From positions 13,288-77,287 of the forward strand of contig CAYOWK010000016.1 of NCBI GenBank assembly GCA_964407665.1: a DNA stretch of 64,000 nucleotides, read 5' to 3'. This document shows, piece after piece, positions 1-12,685 of the stretch. A model generated the notes under the pieces. It saw only the letters and a list, made by a program, of their open reading frames with translations, ran no database searches and was not told the origin of the DNA. The translations under genes and the position numbers were made by a program. Source of the stretch: an uncultured Rhizobium sp. (lineage in GTDB: Bacteria; Pseudomonadota; Alphaproteobacteria; Caulobacterales; Hyphomonadaceae). Within the stretch, counting starts at the first letter, position 1. Each line of letters begins with the position of its first letter.

Positions 1-300
1 GGCGCCTGTCGTTTCTGGACTTCGGAGGCCTCCCGAAACCCTCCAATGACAGGCGCGAGGGAGAGATTACGGGAGGTTTGGACCCCTCCGGTCTGAAAGG
101 GCGCATTTTATTTTTGCAAGCGGCCCGGAGGGCCGCGGTCCTCGCGCATGCGAGGATCCAGACTTTCAAAATTGTGTGCGGGGTCAGGTTGTTAAGTCTG
201 GATTCCCGCATTCGCGGGAAACACGGACAGCAAGCTGTCCGCTTCCAGAAGCGGCGTCCAGGTGTGGAAGATCATGCTTGGATGTCCCACATCTCCAAGC

Positions 301-1260
301 CTAGCCTCTTGGCGTCTGGACGCCGGTGGAGGCGCCTTCGGCGCGGGTTTCGCGGATGAAGCGGTAGAGTTCTGCGGGGCGGCCGCCGGTGGCGGTGGAC
401 TGGATGCCGGTGCCGGCCACGAGGCCGGAGCGGTCGAGGGCGCGGCGGAAATTCTGCTTGTGCAGCGATACGCCGAGCAGGGCTTCTACGACCTGCTGCA
501 GCTGGGAGAGGGTAAAGCGATCGGGGGTCAGCTCGAACACGACAGGCCGGTAGTTGATCTTGCCGCGCAGGCGGCCGATCGCTGTGGCGAGGATGCGGCG
601 GTGGTCTGAGATCATCGGCTCGCCAATGATGCTGGACGCCAGATGTCCGGGGAAGTCGCCATCGGGGTCGTCGCGCCGGGCTTCCTGCGCAAGCCCCGCC
701 TCGTAGAGCAGTTCGTAGCGTTCCAGAACGCGCGATTCGACCCAGGGCCGCCCGGCCAGTCCGAAGGCGATACGGGCACGGTCGAGGCGGGCGATGGATG
801 CAGCGCCGCCCGATTCGGCCCAGCGCAGAAGCGCCGGCGCCAGATGGGCGTCGAGCGCGGCGGGACGTCCGTTGCGATGGTCTTCCCACGGGAAGTAGGC
901 GTACCAGTCGCGCCAGCTGGCGTCGAAGGCCGAGATGTCGGTGCGTTCCGGGGTGAGGGCGAGATAGCCCACCGAGATCAGGCGGGCGTTGGGCGGCGCG
1001 TCGCCATAGGCCGCCTGCGGCAGTTCGCGGCCCTGATCCCCGAAGGTGTAGAGCTGCTCGACATAGCCGAGATCGAATCCGGTCTGCTGGCTCACCCAGT
1101 CGCGCAGGCCGAGTTCGAAGGTGCGGTGGCCGTCCGGATCGAAGCGGCCATGCGGCAGGCCGGTGACGCCGTCGGCATGGCGCGTGGCCAGTGCATAGGC
1201 CGAGCGCTCGTCCGCCGCCACGATCACCGCGCTGAGGCCGACGGCGATGGGCGCGGTCAT
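301..1260 (-). CDS. Nudix-hydrolase-domain protein with C-terminal winged-helix, NrtR-like (Nudix-related transcriptional regulator) candidate
   Basis: 319-aa ORF. The N-terminal region looks like a Nudix fold. The C-terminal ~90 aa (TLSQLQQVVEALLGVSLHKQNFRRALDRSGLV...) resembles the NrtR wHTH tail. The ATG at 1258-1260 overlaps the stop of the upstream PTP-like gene (ATGA coupling on minus strand). A perfect 7-bp inverted repeat (GGACAGC-AA-GCTGTCC, 225-240) lies just downstream of the stop. Confidence 0.55.
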   Translation of the reverse strand: MTAPIAVGLSAVIVAADERSAYALATRHADGVTGLPHGRFDPDGHRTFELGLRDWVSQQTGFDLGYVEQLYTFGDQGRELPQAAYGDAPPNARLISVGYLALTPERTDISAFDASWRDWYAYFPWEDHRNGRPAALDAHLAPALLRWAESGGAASIARLDRARIAFGLAGRPWVESRVLERYELLYEAGLAQEARRDDPDGDFPGHLASSIIGEPMISDHRRILATAIGRLRGKINYRPVVFELTPDRFTLSQLQQVVEALLGVSLHKQNFRRALDRSGLVAGTGIQSTATGGRPAELYRFIRETRAEGASTGVQTPRG

Positions 1261-1787
1261 GCGGGGGCAGGCGCGCCAAAGATGGACGGGATCATGAAGG
1301 GCTGGGCTTCGGCGGCGATGGAGCCGCGGCCGATGCCGGCGACGGCGCGCGCCATGCGGCCACTGCGGCCCAGCAGGGCGTCGGCGTGGGCGACGAGGCG
1401 CGGATTGGGCGATGCGGTCGGGGAGGCGTTGCGGATCGCCAGTGCGATCTCTTCCTCGTCCGCGGACGGGTTGTGGACGCAGGCTGTGATGAAGGCGGAG
1501 GCGGTCGAGCGGCTGATGCCGGCCCAGCAGTGGATCAGCATCGGCGCCGAGCGGTCCCAGCCTTCCACGAAGCGGATGACGCGCTCGGCGTCTGTCATGG
1601 CCGGGGCGCGCCAGTCGCCGACATCGTCGACGATGTCGTGAACGGGGACGCGAAGGTGGCGGGCGTCGTCGTGGCCGTCGAAGACGGGGAAGGTGTCATA
1701 CGGGCTGAGCAGGCTGACGATCAGCGCCGGCTTGTGGCGGGCGGCGAGCGAGGGGGCGAGCTCGAGGGACGAAATCCAGATCGACAT
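1257..1787 (-). CDS. protein-tyrosine / dual-specificity phosphatase-like protein (CX5R P-loop HCWAGISRS)
   Basis: 176 aa with the canonical PTP catalytic loop H-C-x2-G-x2-R-S. The ATG at 1785-1787 lies 6 bp from the HD gene stop. Same strand as both neighbours, which suggests an operon. Confidence 0.6.
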   Translation of the reverse strand: MSIWISSLELAPSLAARHKPALIVSLLSPYDTFPVFDGHDDARHLRVPVHDIVDDVGDWRAPAMTDAERVIRFVEGWDRSAPMLIHCWAGISRSTASAFITACVHNPSADEEEIALAIRNASPTASPNPRLVAHADALLGRSGRMARAVAGIGRGSIAAEAQPFMIPSIFGAPAPA

Positions 1788-1792
1788 GGGGG

Positions 1793-2371
1793 TCAGGCGT
1801 CCTGTCTGTGGCCGTCGAGGCTGGCCAGCAATACCTCAAAGCGCGTCAGAAACATGACCTGCGCCTCCGGCGCGGGGAGCGGCGTCACGTCCGGAGCGAC
1901 GCCGGGCGGCGGGGCTCCGAAGAAGGAGAGGCTCTCGTCGATATCGAAGCCGGCGAGGCGGGTGGCCTCGAAGAAGGCGGCGGCGCGGTCGGCGTCCTTG
2001 AGGCGGGCGTGGGCGAACGCCGTCATGTGGGGCGTGAGGCCGAAACGGATGCGGATGGCGGCCTCCAGCCGGTCCTCGAACTGGCGGTAGTCGACGCCGA
2101 GCGCGGCCTTGAAGGGCGAGATCATGTCGCCGATCACATATTCCGGGGCGTCGTGGAGCAGGGCGCCGAGCTGGTCGGCCAGCGTTGCTTCGGGCCAGAC
2201 ATGCGGCAGCAGGCTTTCCACCAGCAGCGAATGCTGGGCCACGGAGAAGGCGTGGTCGCCGCGGGTCTGGCCGTTCCAGCGGGCGACGCGGGCGAGACCA
2301 TGGGCGATGTCTTCTATCTCGATGTCGAGGGGAGAGGGATCGAGCAGGTCGAGGCGGCGGCCGGACAGCAT
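1793..2371 (-). CDS. HD-domain phosphohydrolase (YfbR-like 5'-deoxynucleotidase family)
   Basis: HD motif ...SVAQHSLLV... and ...LLHDAPEYVIGD... with spacing typical of YfbR-like HD hydrolases. Start chosen at ATG 2369-2371 (MLSGRRLDLL...). The track ORF extends to 2593, but the extra N-terminal 74 aa is Pro/Arg-rich and probably not coding. Confidence 0.55.
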   Translation of the reverse strand: MLSGRRLDLLDPSPLDIEIEDIAHGLARVARWNGQTRGDHAFSVAQHSLLVESLLPHVWPEATLADQLGALLHDAPEYVIGDMISPFKAALGVDYRQFEDRLEAAIRIRFGLTPHMTAFAHARLKDADRAAAFFEATRLAGFDIDESLSFFGAPPPGVAPDVTPLPAPEAQVMFLTRFEVLLASLDGHRQDA

Positions 2372-3089
2372 CCGCTGCCAGGCGCGCTGGGGCGGCGGCT
2401 TGCGGGTGGAGCGGGAGGGTTTGCGAGGAGCTGGCGGCATGGCGTGTGGCGCTTCGAGTGCCAGAAAGGCTGGCGGGGAGGCAATCGAATTGTTGGAGGG
2501 GGCAGCCCGGGACGGGGCGCGCAGGGGGCGCCCGCGACGATCTGGCGGAGCAGAAACCGGATGCCGGAACCTGTGTATAAATGTTGCGTTCACCCTTTGC
2601 AGAATGCGCCCGCCTGCGGGCGGCGCCTCGCGGACCGAAGGCCGCCGAGCGATCCGAAAAACGGTCCGGATGCGGAGAATCTTTCTTCGGAGCCGGCTGG
2701 GTCAGGGTTTCTTAAAACCGGGCACGTAGTGTCTCATCAAAGCGCCGCGGGAGAGCACTGTAGTATGTGGGATGTATTGGTGGCTGCAGCGCATTCGAGC
2801 GCGCTGCACTGGACGGTCGTCGGCGGGGCCATGGCGGCTCTCGTCTACAAGCTCTTCAGCTCGGCCGACCATCCTTTGATGGGCGACCTGTTTGGAGACG
2901 ACCTCGACAACTGAAATCCGTGACCGGTCCGGGTGCGTCTCAGGCGCGCCTGACCCAGGCGGTGTGAGCGACCGAGACGCTCGGCAAGGGCGCAGGTGAT
3001 GGTGAGAAGGGCGGTCCTCGCATGAGGGCCGCCCTTCCGGTTTTCGGGCGGAAGGTCCATACAGCGCCGAATACTCAGGAAGGCGCCCC

Positions 3090-4430
3090 ATGCCCCAGGT
3101 CTTCGAACTTCTCATCAAGCGCGGCACCGTCGTTACGCCGGGCGGAGCGGCTATCGCCGACATCGCAGTGGACGGCGGGCGGATTGTCGGGATCGGCGAC
3201 TACATGCCGACCAGCGCCGGCAAGGTCTATGATGCGACGGGGCTGCACGTGCTGCCGGGCGTCATCGACAGCCAGGTCCATTTCCGCGAACCGGGCCTCG
3301 AGTGGAAGGAAGACCTCGAGACGGGCTCGCGCCAGGCGGCGCTGGGCGGGGTGACCGCCGTGTTCGAGATGCCAAACACCGATCCGGCCACGATCACGCC
3401 TGACCTGCTGGCGGACAAGCTGCGCCGGGCGGCGGGGCGGATGCACGTTGACCATGCCTTCTATGCCGGCGCCACGGCCGAGAACATGGAAGACCTCAAG
3501 GTCATGGAGAAGATGGCCGGGTGCTGCGGCGTGAAGGTGTTCATGGGCGCCTCGACGGGGTCTTTGCTGGTCGAGGACGATGAAGGCGTGGCGCGCGTGC
3601 TGGGGGCGATCACCCGGCGGGCGGCGTTCCACTCCGAGGACGAATACCGGCTGGCCGAACGGCGCAAGCTGGCGAAGCAGGGCGACTGGACGTCGCATCC
3701 GGTGGTGCGCGACGCCGAGGCGGCGATCCAGTCCACACAGCGCCTGCTGCGGCTGGCGCGGGCGGCGGGCAAGCGCATCCATATCCTGCATGTCACGACG
3801 GCCGAGGAGATGGAGCTGATCGCGCAGGCCAAGGACTTTGCGACCTGCGAGGTGACGCCCCAGCACCTGACCCTCGAGGCGCCGGAAGCCTATGAGCGGC
3901 TCAAGGCCTACGCCCAGATGAACCCGCCGATCCGAGAGGCGCGCCATCGCGAGGCGCTGTGGAAGGCGATTCAGCAGGGCATTCCGGACGTAATCGGATC
4001 GGATCATGCGCCGCACACGATCGAGGAGAAGTCGCGGCCCTATCCGGCTTCGCCCTCGGGCATGCCGGGCGTGCAGACGCTGGTGCCGATCATGCTGACG
4101 CATGTGGCCGAGGGACGGATGACGCTGGAGCGGTTTGTGGAGATGACCAGCGCGGGGCCGCAGCGTGTGTTCGGGATCGCCGGCAAGGGCCGGATCGCGC
4201 GTGGGTACGACGCCGACTTCACAATCGTGGACCTGGCCGCCCGCAAGACCATAACGAACGAATGGAGCGCCTCGCGCTGTGGCTGGACGCCGTTCGACGG
4301 GTTCGAGGCGAAGGGCTGGCCGATGGCGACGTTTGTACGCGGCTGCATGGTAATGAGCGAGGGCGACCTTCTGGCGCCCGGTCTGGGCAAGCCGGTGCGG
4401 TTCGGCGAGGCGCTGATCACAGGGGAGTGA
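3090..4430 (+). CDS. dihydroorotase-like cyclic amidohydrolase (PyrC/allantoinase superfamily)
   Basis: 446 aa. The motif GVIDSQVHFREPG aligns to the DHOase DVHVHLREPG metal site, but the first His is Gln. Downstream ligands are retained (GVKVFMG Lys, FHSED, HILHVTT, GSDHAPH). RBS aggaagg precedes ATG 3090. Intrinsic terminator follows. Confidence 0.7.
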   Translation: MPQVFELLIKRGTVVTPGGAAIADIAVDGGRIVGIGDYMPTSAGKVYDATGLHVLPGVIDSQVHFREPGLEWKEDLETGSRQAALGGVTAVFEMPNTDPATITPDLLADKLRRAAGRMHVDHAFYAGATAENMEDLKVMEKMAGCCGVKVFMGASTGSLLVEDDEGVARVLGAITRRAAFHSEDEYRLAERRKLAKQGDWTSHPVVRDAEAAIQSTQRLLRLARAAGKRIHILHVTTAEEMELIAQAKDFATCEVTPQHLTLEAPEAYERLKAYAQMNPPIREARHREALWKAIQQGIPDVIGSDHAPHTIEEKSRPYPASPSGMPGVQTLVPIMLTHVAEGRMTLERFVEMTSAGPQRVFGIAGKGRIARGYDADFTIVDLAARKTITNEWSASRCGWTPFDGFEAKGWPMATFVRGCMVMSEGDLLAPGLGKPVRFGEALITGE

Positions 4431-4613
4431 TCCCGGACGGAACGTGGCGCCGCGACGGAAGTCGCCGGGGCGTCACGTTTGACTGCCAACGTGGCTGCGG
4501 CCGGTCCCACAAGGGCTCGCCGTTCGAGTTCAGGAAACCTGGCGCCTCCCCAAGGTTCAGTTTCCAGCCTGTCCTGCCCGGGTCCAATCGATCCGCCACG
4601 CGCATCCGGGGAC

Positions 4614-4648
4614 AAGCCGGCCTTCCAGCGGGAGGCCGGCATTTTTTT
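4614..4648 (+). terminator. rho-independent terminator (GCCGGCCTTCC-AGCG-GGAGGCCGGC + T8)
   Basis: Perfect GC-rich hairpin followed by ATTTTTTT, directly after the amidohydrolase stop. Confidence 0.65.
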
Positions 4649-4657
4649 GGTCCGGCT

Positions 4658-6772
<2,115 letters not shown>

Positions 6773-6926
6773 CGGGTTGAGGTTCAGAATGCCCGATCAG
6801 GGTAAGGGAATCGTGCACTGCATGCAGAGGAACCGGGAAAATCGGGCCCAAAAGCCGCTTATCTGCTGGCTGATTGTGCGGATCGGAGGCGGCGCAGACC
6901 TGCAGGCCTCAATCCGCCCGTCCCGA

Positions 6927-7352
6927 TCAGTCCAGATAGGTCTGGGCGATACTGTCGGACAGCTGGCGGCCCCGGGCGGCGATGGCCGCTTCAACCTCGC
7001 TGGAATTGGCCGCGCAACCGTCCATGCGTCCGCGCTGGGCCCGATACCCCCGGTTGAAAGCGCTGGTGAGAGACGAGCGCCGGGCGCCGCCGGGGGCCTC
7101 GAACTCGATCAGATCGAGCATGTAGTTCCGCCAGGTCTGGTCGCCCTCGCCATTGCAGGCGGCGCGGACGGCGTGGGCCTCGCCGAGAATCGCGGCGAGT
7201 TCGGTGAGGACGGCTATCGAAGGGCCAGCGGGGGCCGCCTCCGTCTCGACGACCTCCTGCGCGCCTGCAACCGGAGCCGCAGGGGTGATCAGCAGCCCCC
7301 CGGCCAGTGTCAGGGCGAGGGCGGCGGGGACAAGTCGGGCGGCAAGACGCAT
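6927..7352 (-). CDS. secreted conserved hypothetical protein (TIGR02301-like, conserved Cys pair)
   Basis: 141 aa with a signal peptide (MRLAARLVPAALALTLAGG) and conserved ACNGEGD...DGCAAN cysteines. The family assignment is from memory only. Confidence 0.5.
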   Translation of the reverse strand: MRLAARLVPAALALTLAGGLLITPAAPVAGAQEVVETEAAPAGPSIAVLTELAAILGEAHAVRAACNGEGDQTWRNYMLDLIEFEAPGGARRSSLTSAFNRGYRAQRGRMDGCAANSSEVEAAIAARGRQLSDSIAQTYLD

Positions 7353-7439
7353 GCCCCCTCATACCGTTACCGGAGCCAGACCGGAAGCGGGTTTGGCGGC
7401 TTGCCTAAACGGGCGTTCGGGGGTCTACAAACCTCCGAC

Positions 7440-7524
7440 GCGGGCGTGGCGAAACTGGTAGACGCATTCGACTTAAAATCGAATGGAGCAATCCGTGCCG
7501 GTTCAAGCCCGGCCGCCCGCACCA
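7440..7524 (+). tRNA. tRNA-Leu (anticodon TAA)
   Basis: Sequence GCGGGCG-TG-GCGAAACTGGTAGACGC...ttcgaCTTAAAAtcgaa...GGTTCAAGCCCGG-CCGCCCGC-A-CCA. Acceptor stem 7 bp. Long variable arm typical of tRNA-Leu. Encoded CCA end. Confidence 0.85.
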
Positions 7525-7718
7525 GACCGGGCCTCGGGGATGGGGGGCGCCCGAGGTTGCGGGCCGTTCGCAAGACGCGACCATAAATCCCGGCCCTGAC
7601 GCAGCGTTTCGTGCAGGCTGTCCCCAGGCATGAGCATCAAGCAGCCTTGCCGCGTTCGCGCCGCCGGATAGGTTGCCGCCGACGGTATGTCCGCAACAAT
7701 GCGGGGAGGCGCCCGGCC

Positions 7719-8873
7719 ATGATGGCGAACCTGGACTTCGATCTCGGCGAGATGGCCGAACAGATACAGATGACGACCCGCCGGTTTGCGGCGCAGCGCA
7801 TCCAGCCGCGCGCGGCGGACATCGATCGCGACAACGCCTTTCCGCGCGACCTGTGGGTTCCGATGGGCGAGCTGGGCCTGCACGGCATCACGGTGGAAGA
7901 GGAGTGGGGCGGGCTGGGTCTCGGCTATCTGGAACACGTCATCGCCATGGAGGAGGTGAGCCGCGCCTCGGGGTCTGTCGGCCTGTCTTATGGCGCGCAC
8001 TCCAACCTGTGCATCAACCAGATCCGCCGCTGGGGTCGGCCGGAGCAGAAGCAGAAATACCTGCCGAAGCTGATCTCGGGGGAGCATGTCGGCGCGCTGG
8101 CGATGTCGGATGCCGGCGCGGGGTCTGACGTGGTGTCGATGTCGCTGCGGGCCGAGGCGGTCGGCGACCGGTTCATCCTCAACGGCACGAAGTTCTGGAT
8201 CACCAATGCGCCGCACGCCGACACGCTGGTGGTCTACGCCAAGACGTCGCCGGGGGCAGGCTCGGGCGGCATCACGGCCTTCCTGATCGAGAAGGGGATG
8301 AAGGGGTTCACCGTCTCGCCCAAGCTGGACAAGATGGGGATGCGTGGGAGCGACACCGCCGAGCTGGTGTTCCAGGATTGCGAAGTGCCGGTCGAGAACG
8401 TGATGGGCACTGTCGATGGCGGCGTCGGCGTGCTGATGAGCGGGCTGGACTATGAGCGCGCCGTGTTGGCGGGCGGGGCGCTTGGGATCATGCAGGCGGC
8501 GCTGGATGTGGTGTTGCCCTATGTGCGCGAGCGCAAGCAGTTCGGACGCGCCATCGGCTCGTTCCAGCTGATGCAGGGCAAGATCGCCGACATGTATGTC
8601 GCGCTGAATTCGGCGCGCGCCTACGTCTACGCCGTCGCCAAGGCGTGCGATGCAGGCAAGACCACACGCCACGATGCGGCGGGCGCGATCATGTTCGCCA
8701 GCGAGAACGCCGTGAAGGTGTCGCTGGAGGCCGTGCAGGCGCTGGGCGGCGCGGGATACACCAAGGAGTGGCCGGTGGAGCGTCTGGTGCGCGACGCCAA
8801 GCTCTACGACATCGGCGCGGGGACCAACGAGATCCGCCGCTTTCTGATTGGGCGGGAGATCATCGGGGCATGA
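7719..8873 (+). CDS. ivd: isovaleryl-CoA dehydrogenase (acyl-CoA dehydrogenase family)
   Basis: Acyl-CoA dehydrogenase fold throughout. Start ATG 7719 ([11 protein letters not shown]) with gggagg RBS 10 bp upstream. The assignment as isovaleryl-CoA dehydrogenase rests on context with the MCCase subunits. Confidence 0.8.
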   Translation: MMANLDFDLGEMAEQIQMTTRRFAAQRIQPRAADIDRDNAFPRDLWVPMGELGLHGITVEEEWGGLGLGYLEHVIAMEEVSRASGSVGLSYGAHSNLCINQIRRWGRPEQKQKYLPKLISGEHVGALAMSDAGAGSDVVSMSLRAEAVGDRFILNGTKFWITNAPHADTLVVYAKTSPGAGSGGITAFLIEKGMKGFTVSPKLDKMGMRGSDTAELVFQDCEVPVENVMGTVDGGVGVLMSGLDYERAVLAGGALGIMQAALDVVLPYVRERKQFGRAIGSFQLMQGKIADMYVALNSARAYVYAVAKACDAGKTTRHDAAGAIMFASENAVKVSLEAVQALGGAGYTKEWPVERLVRDAKLYDIGAGTNEIRRFLIGREIIGA

Positions 8874-9376
8874 GTTTCGTCTGCTCCGTTTGTGGCGAAG
8901 AACACCACGGCGAGTTGCCCGCGCTTGCTTTTTCAGCACCAGATTACTGGTTTCAGCTGTCCGACGAGCAACGTCTGCGAGGGAAGCTGACAGCTGACGA
9001 CTGCGTAACGCCTGATGGTCATTTCTTTATCCGATGCACACTGCGCATTCCCATTGCGGACCGCGATGGCCTGAGCCTGGATTTTGGCGTCTGGTCGACG
9101 TTGAGCGAAGCGAACTATCTGCGTTATGCAGGCGCCTTTCTCGACACTGACCAATCCAAACTGGGCACGATGTTCGGCTGGTTTTCGAATGAGTTAGCTG
9201 GCGATTTTGGGGGGGCACTCAATCTCAAGTGCGAGATCCTCCCTCAGGACGATCGGCAGAGGCCGCTTGTCCAGCTTGAGCCGACTGATCATCCCCTTGC
9301 TGTCGCTCAGCGGGCAGGTATCCGTTTTTCTCAGCTAGAGACTTTGCTCCACGCGGGCGGAGGACATGCGGTATGA
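8870..9376 (+). CDS. hypothetical protein (DUF2199-like), low-GC insert
   Basis: 168 aa. The ATG overlaps the ivd stop (ATGA). GC content is visibly lower than in the flanking liu genes. Starts [17 protein letters not shown] with a CxxC. Confidence 0.5.
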   Translation: MSFVCSVCGEEHHGELPALAFSAPDYWFQLSDEQRLRGKLTADDCVTPDGHFFIRCTLRIPIADRDGLSLDFGVWSTLSEANYLRYAGAFLDTDQSKLGTMFGWFSNELAGDFGGALNLKCEILPQDDRQRPLVQLEPTDHPLAVAQRAGIRFSQLETLLHAGGGHAV

Positions 9377-9728
9377 GTCGCGATACGGTTTTCATGCTGC
9401 GCATCATGCTGAGTGGTTTCGCATTGCTCGCTTGCCTGTTCGGCCTGCTGTTTCAGGATCAAGTTTTCTGGGTTCTCACCCCTGCGGCAATGGTTGTCAG
9501 TCTGCTGGCTGCAATACGGTCAAAAGGCTGGAGGCCAGGGATTGGAGATTCGGTTCTGCTGGCGGCCTGGCCAGCCGTTCTCGGTGGAGGCTTATTGGCG
9601 AGCTTTGGCTCGCTCGCGTTCGCCGACCACGCTGCAAAAATTGCGGCGATGGCGGCTGTGTTCGTTGTAGCAATGTTCGTGGTGTCGCGGTTTGACTCGA
9701 CATCCAAGGAAGAGCCGGAGCTGCTCAC

Positions 9729-9732
<4 letters not shown>
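9373..9732 (+). CDS. small membrane protein (3 predicted TM), hypothetical
   Basis: 119 aa. ATGA overlaps with both the preceding gene and mccB, so it is translationally coupled on both sides. Hydrophobic throughout. Lower GC. Confidence 0.45.
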
Positions 9733-11297
<1,565 letters not shown>

Positions 11298-11301
11298 GGC
11301 C

Positions 11302-11598
11302 ATGTCCAGATCCCGGATCACCGTCGCCATCCGGAAGAATGCGCAGGGCGAGCCAGACGGGGTGCTCCTTTACCTGAATCCGGAAGGCCGGGACGAGCTG
11401 GTGAAGGAGCTGCTGAACCTGAGCGAACGGTCCGATCATTTCCACATGCTGCAGGATGAGGAGGCGGAGGTCGTACTGGCCTCAATCCCCTACGAAGCGG
11501 ATGAAGTCCTTCCCTACGAGGTGAAGGTGATGCTGCGGCCCGATGAGTGGGATCGCCAGTACTTCCCCCATGTGATGGCGAGCGAGGACGGCACATGA
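11302..11598 (+). CDS. hypothetical small acidic protein (98 aa), low-GC insert
   Basis: ATG 11302 lies 4 bp after the mccB stop. The ORF sits between two copies of the mccB 3' end. No recognisable motif. Confidence 0.4.
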   Translation: MSRSRITVAIRKNAQGEPDGVLLYLNPEGRDELVKELLNLSERSDHFHMLQDEEAEVVLASIPYEADEVLPYEVKVMLRPDEWDRQYFPHVMASEDGT

Positions 11599-11611
11599 TT
11601 GAGTCCCTCCG

Positions 11612-11654
11612 GAACGCGCCCATCCAGGAGACACGCCGTAGCGTGTTCAGGATG
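11612..11654. repeat. 43-bp degenerate direct duplicate (39/43) of the mccB 3' end (11252-11294)
   Basis: GAACGCGCCCATCcAGGAGACACGCcgTaGCGTGTTCAGGATG matches GAACGCGCCCATCgAGGAGACACGCttTgGCGTGTTCAGGATG at the end of mccB. The two copies bracket the 11302..11598 ORF. Confidence 0.75.
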
Positions 11655-11658
11655 CGAT

Positions 11659-11964
11659 ATGGCTGACGATGCTCGGAAGCGCGCGCTGAGGAAGCTTGTT
11701 CGCGACGGGGAGCGGCAGGGATTCATTGGGGCGATGCCGATTACAATCGGGCAAGCGCAATCGCTGATGGTCGAACTCGAAAAGGGCCTGCTGGCTACGC
11801 CCTGCGACCACACATTACGCATACTGCATGGGTGGGGCGCAGCCAATGGCATTGATCAGACAACGATGACATCTTGGGTGCAGACTCATGGTGGTTTCTG
11901 CGACTGCGAAGTGTTGGCCAATGTTGCCGAACGCATTGAAGATGCCGGAAAGCTGATCCGGTGA
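11659..11964 (+). CDS. hypothetical protein (102 aa), low-GC insert
   Basis: ATG 11659 lies immediately after the duplicated mccB tail. GC ~55% versus ~67% background. No motif recognised (MADDARKRALRKLVRDGERQGF...CDCEVLANV). Confidence 0.4.
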   Translation: MADDARKRALRKLVRDGERQGFIGAMPITIGQAQSLMVELEKGLLATPCDHTLRILHGWGAANGIDQTTMTSWVQTHGGFCDCEVLANVAERIEDAGKLIR

Positions 11965-12016
11965 TGAGTCCCTTCTCATTGCGACCCGGGGCGCGGACAT
12001 CCGCTGCCGTCGGCGG

Positions 12017-12685
12017 CTAGAACAGCACCCGCAGACCGCCCCGCGCCGATACGCTTGGAGCCCACGCGACGGTTTCGTCCGAGCCGGTCCAGCTGCTTAC
12101 CTCGATCGCCAGGCCCAGCGTCTGGACCCGGCCTTCCACGAAGAGGCGCACGTTGTCGGTTACGGCGAACGCCACGCCGCCCACGGCCTGGAGGTGAACG
12201 CCGCCGCCCGACGAGTCGATGAAGCCGTCGTCAAGCTCGATGTTGGCGACCCCTATGCCGGCCCCGACGTAGGGCGACACGGTCTCCTGAGGTGCAAAGT
12301 CGTAGTAGCCGAGCACGGCGAGCTTCAGCGCCTTCATGCCGTCACCGTCCGCAATGAAGCCCATCGGCACAGTGGTCTCCGCCTGGTTGTGGACGGCATA
12401 GCTGAGGGCGACCTCGGTCCGGAAACCGTTGCGGAAGGCAAGGCCATAGACGCCCTCGAGGACGTACCCGGACTCAACTTCGGACGTCTGCTGGGACGCC
12501 CAGCCGGAGGGCGTGTCGTACTCGAACTCCATCCCTCCCGCGTATCCTGCGGCGAAACCGGCATAGCTGCGGAAGGCGGGCTCGTCCTGTGTGTCAGCGG
12601 CGCTGGACTCGGAGGCCTGGGCGGCTGCTGTTTGCAGTCCCGCAGCGAATGTGGACGCAGCAAGGCAGACGGCTATGCGGAACAT
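12017..12685 (-). CDS. outer-membrane beta-barrel protein (OmpA-like/OmpW-like porin family)
   Basis: 222 aa. Signal peptide MFRIAVCLAASTFAAGLQTAAAQA. Alternating hydrophobic beta-strand pattern. C-terminal aromatic F. Opposite strand to the liu genes, which splits the cluster. Confidence 0.65.
   Translation of the reverse strand: MFRIAVCLAASTFAAGLQTAAAQASESSAADTQDEPAFRSYAGFAAGYAGGMEFEYDTPSGWASQQTSEVESGYVLEGVYGLAFRNGFRTEVALSYAVHNQAETTVPMGFIADGDGMKALKLAVLGYYDFAPQETVSPYVGAGIGVANIELDDGFIDSSGGGVHLQAVGGVAFAVTDNVRLFVEGRVQTLGLAIEVSSWTGSDETVAWAPSVSARGGLRVLF

Noticed and set aside
272-1279. 335-aa minus-strand ORF rich in Arg/Pro/Gly overlapping the NrtR-like gene in another frame
   Set aside because: Typical high-GC alternate-frame artefact. 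The composition (RRRPQRGDRGGG...) is non-protein-like, and the overlapping frame has recognisable domains.
643-1641. 332-aa plus-strand ORF antisense to the Nudix and PTP genes
   Set aside because: Antisense shadow ORF in GC-rich DNA. No motifs. Spans two real genes on the other strand.
4040-4642. 200-aa minus-strand ORF overlapping the 3' end of the dihydroorotase-like gene and the terminator
   Set aside because: Antisense to a confidently assigned CDS and crosses an intrinsic terminator. No motifs.
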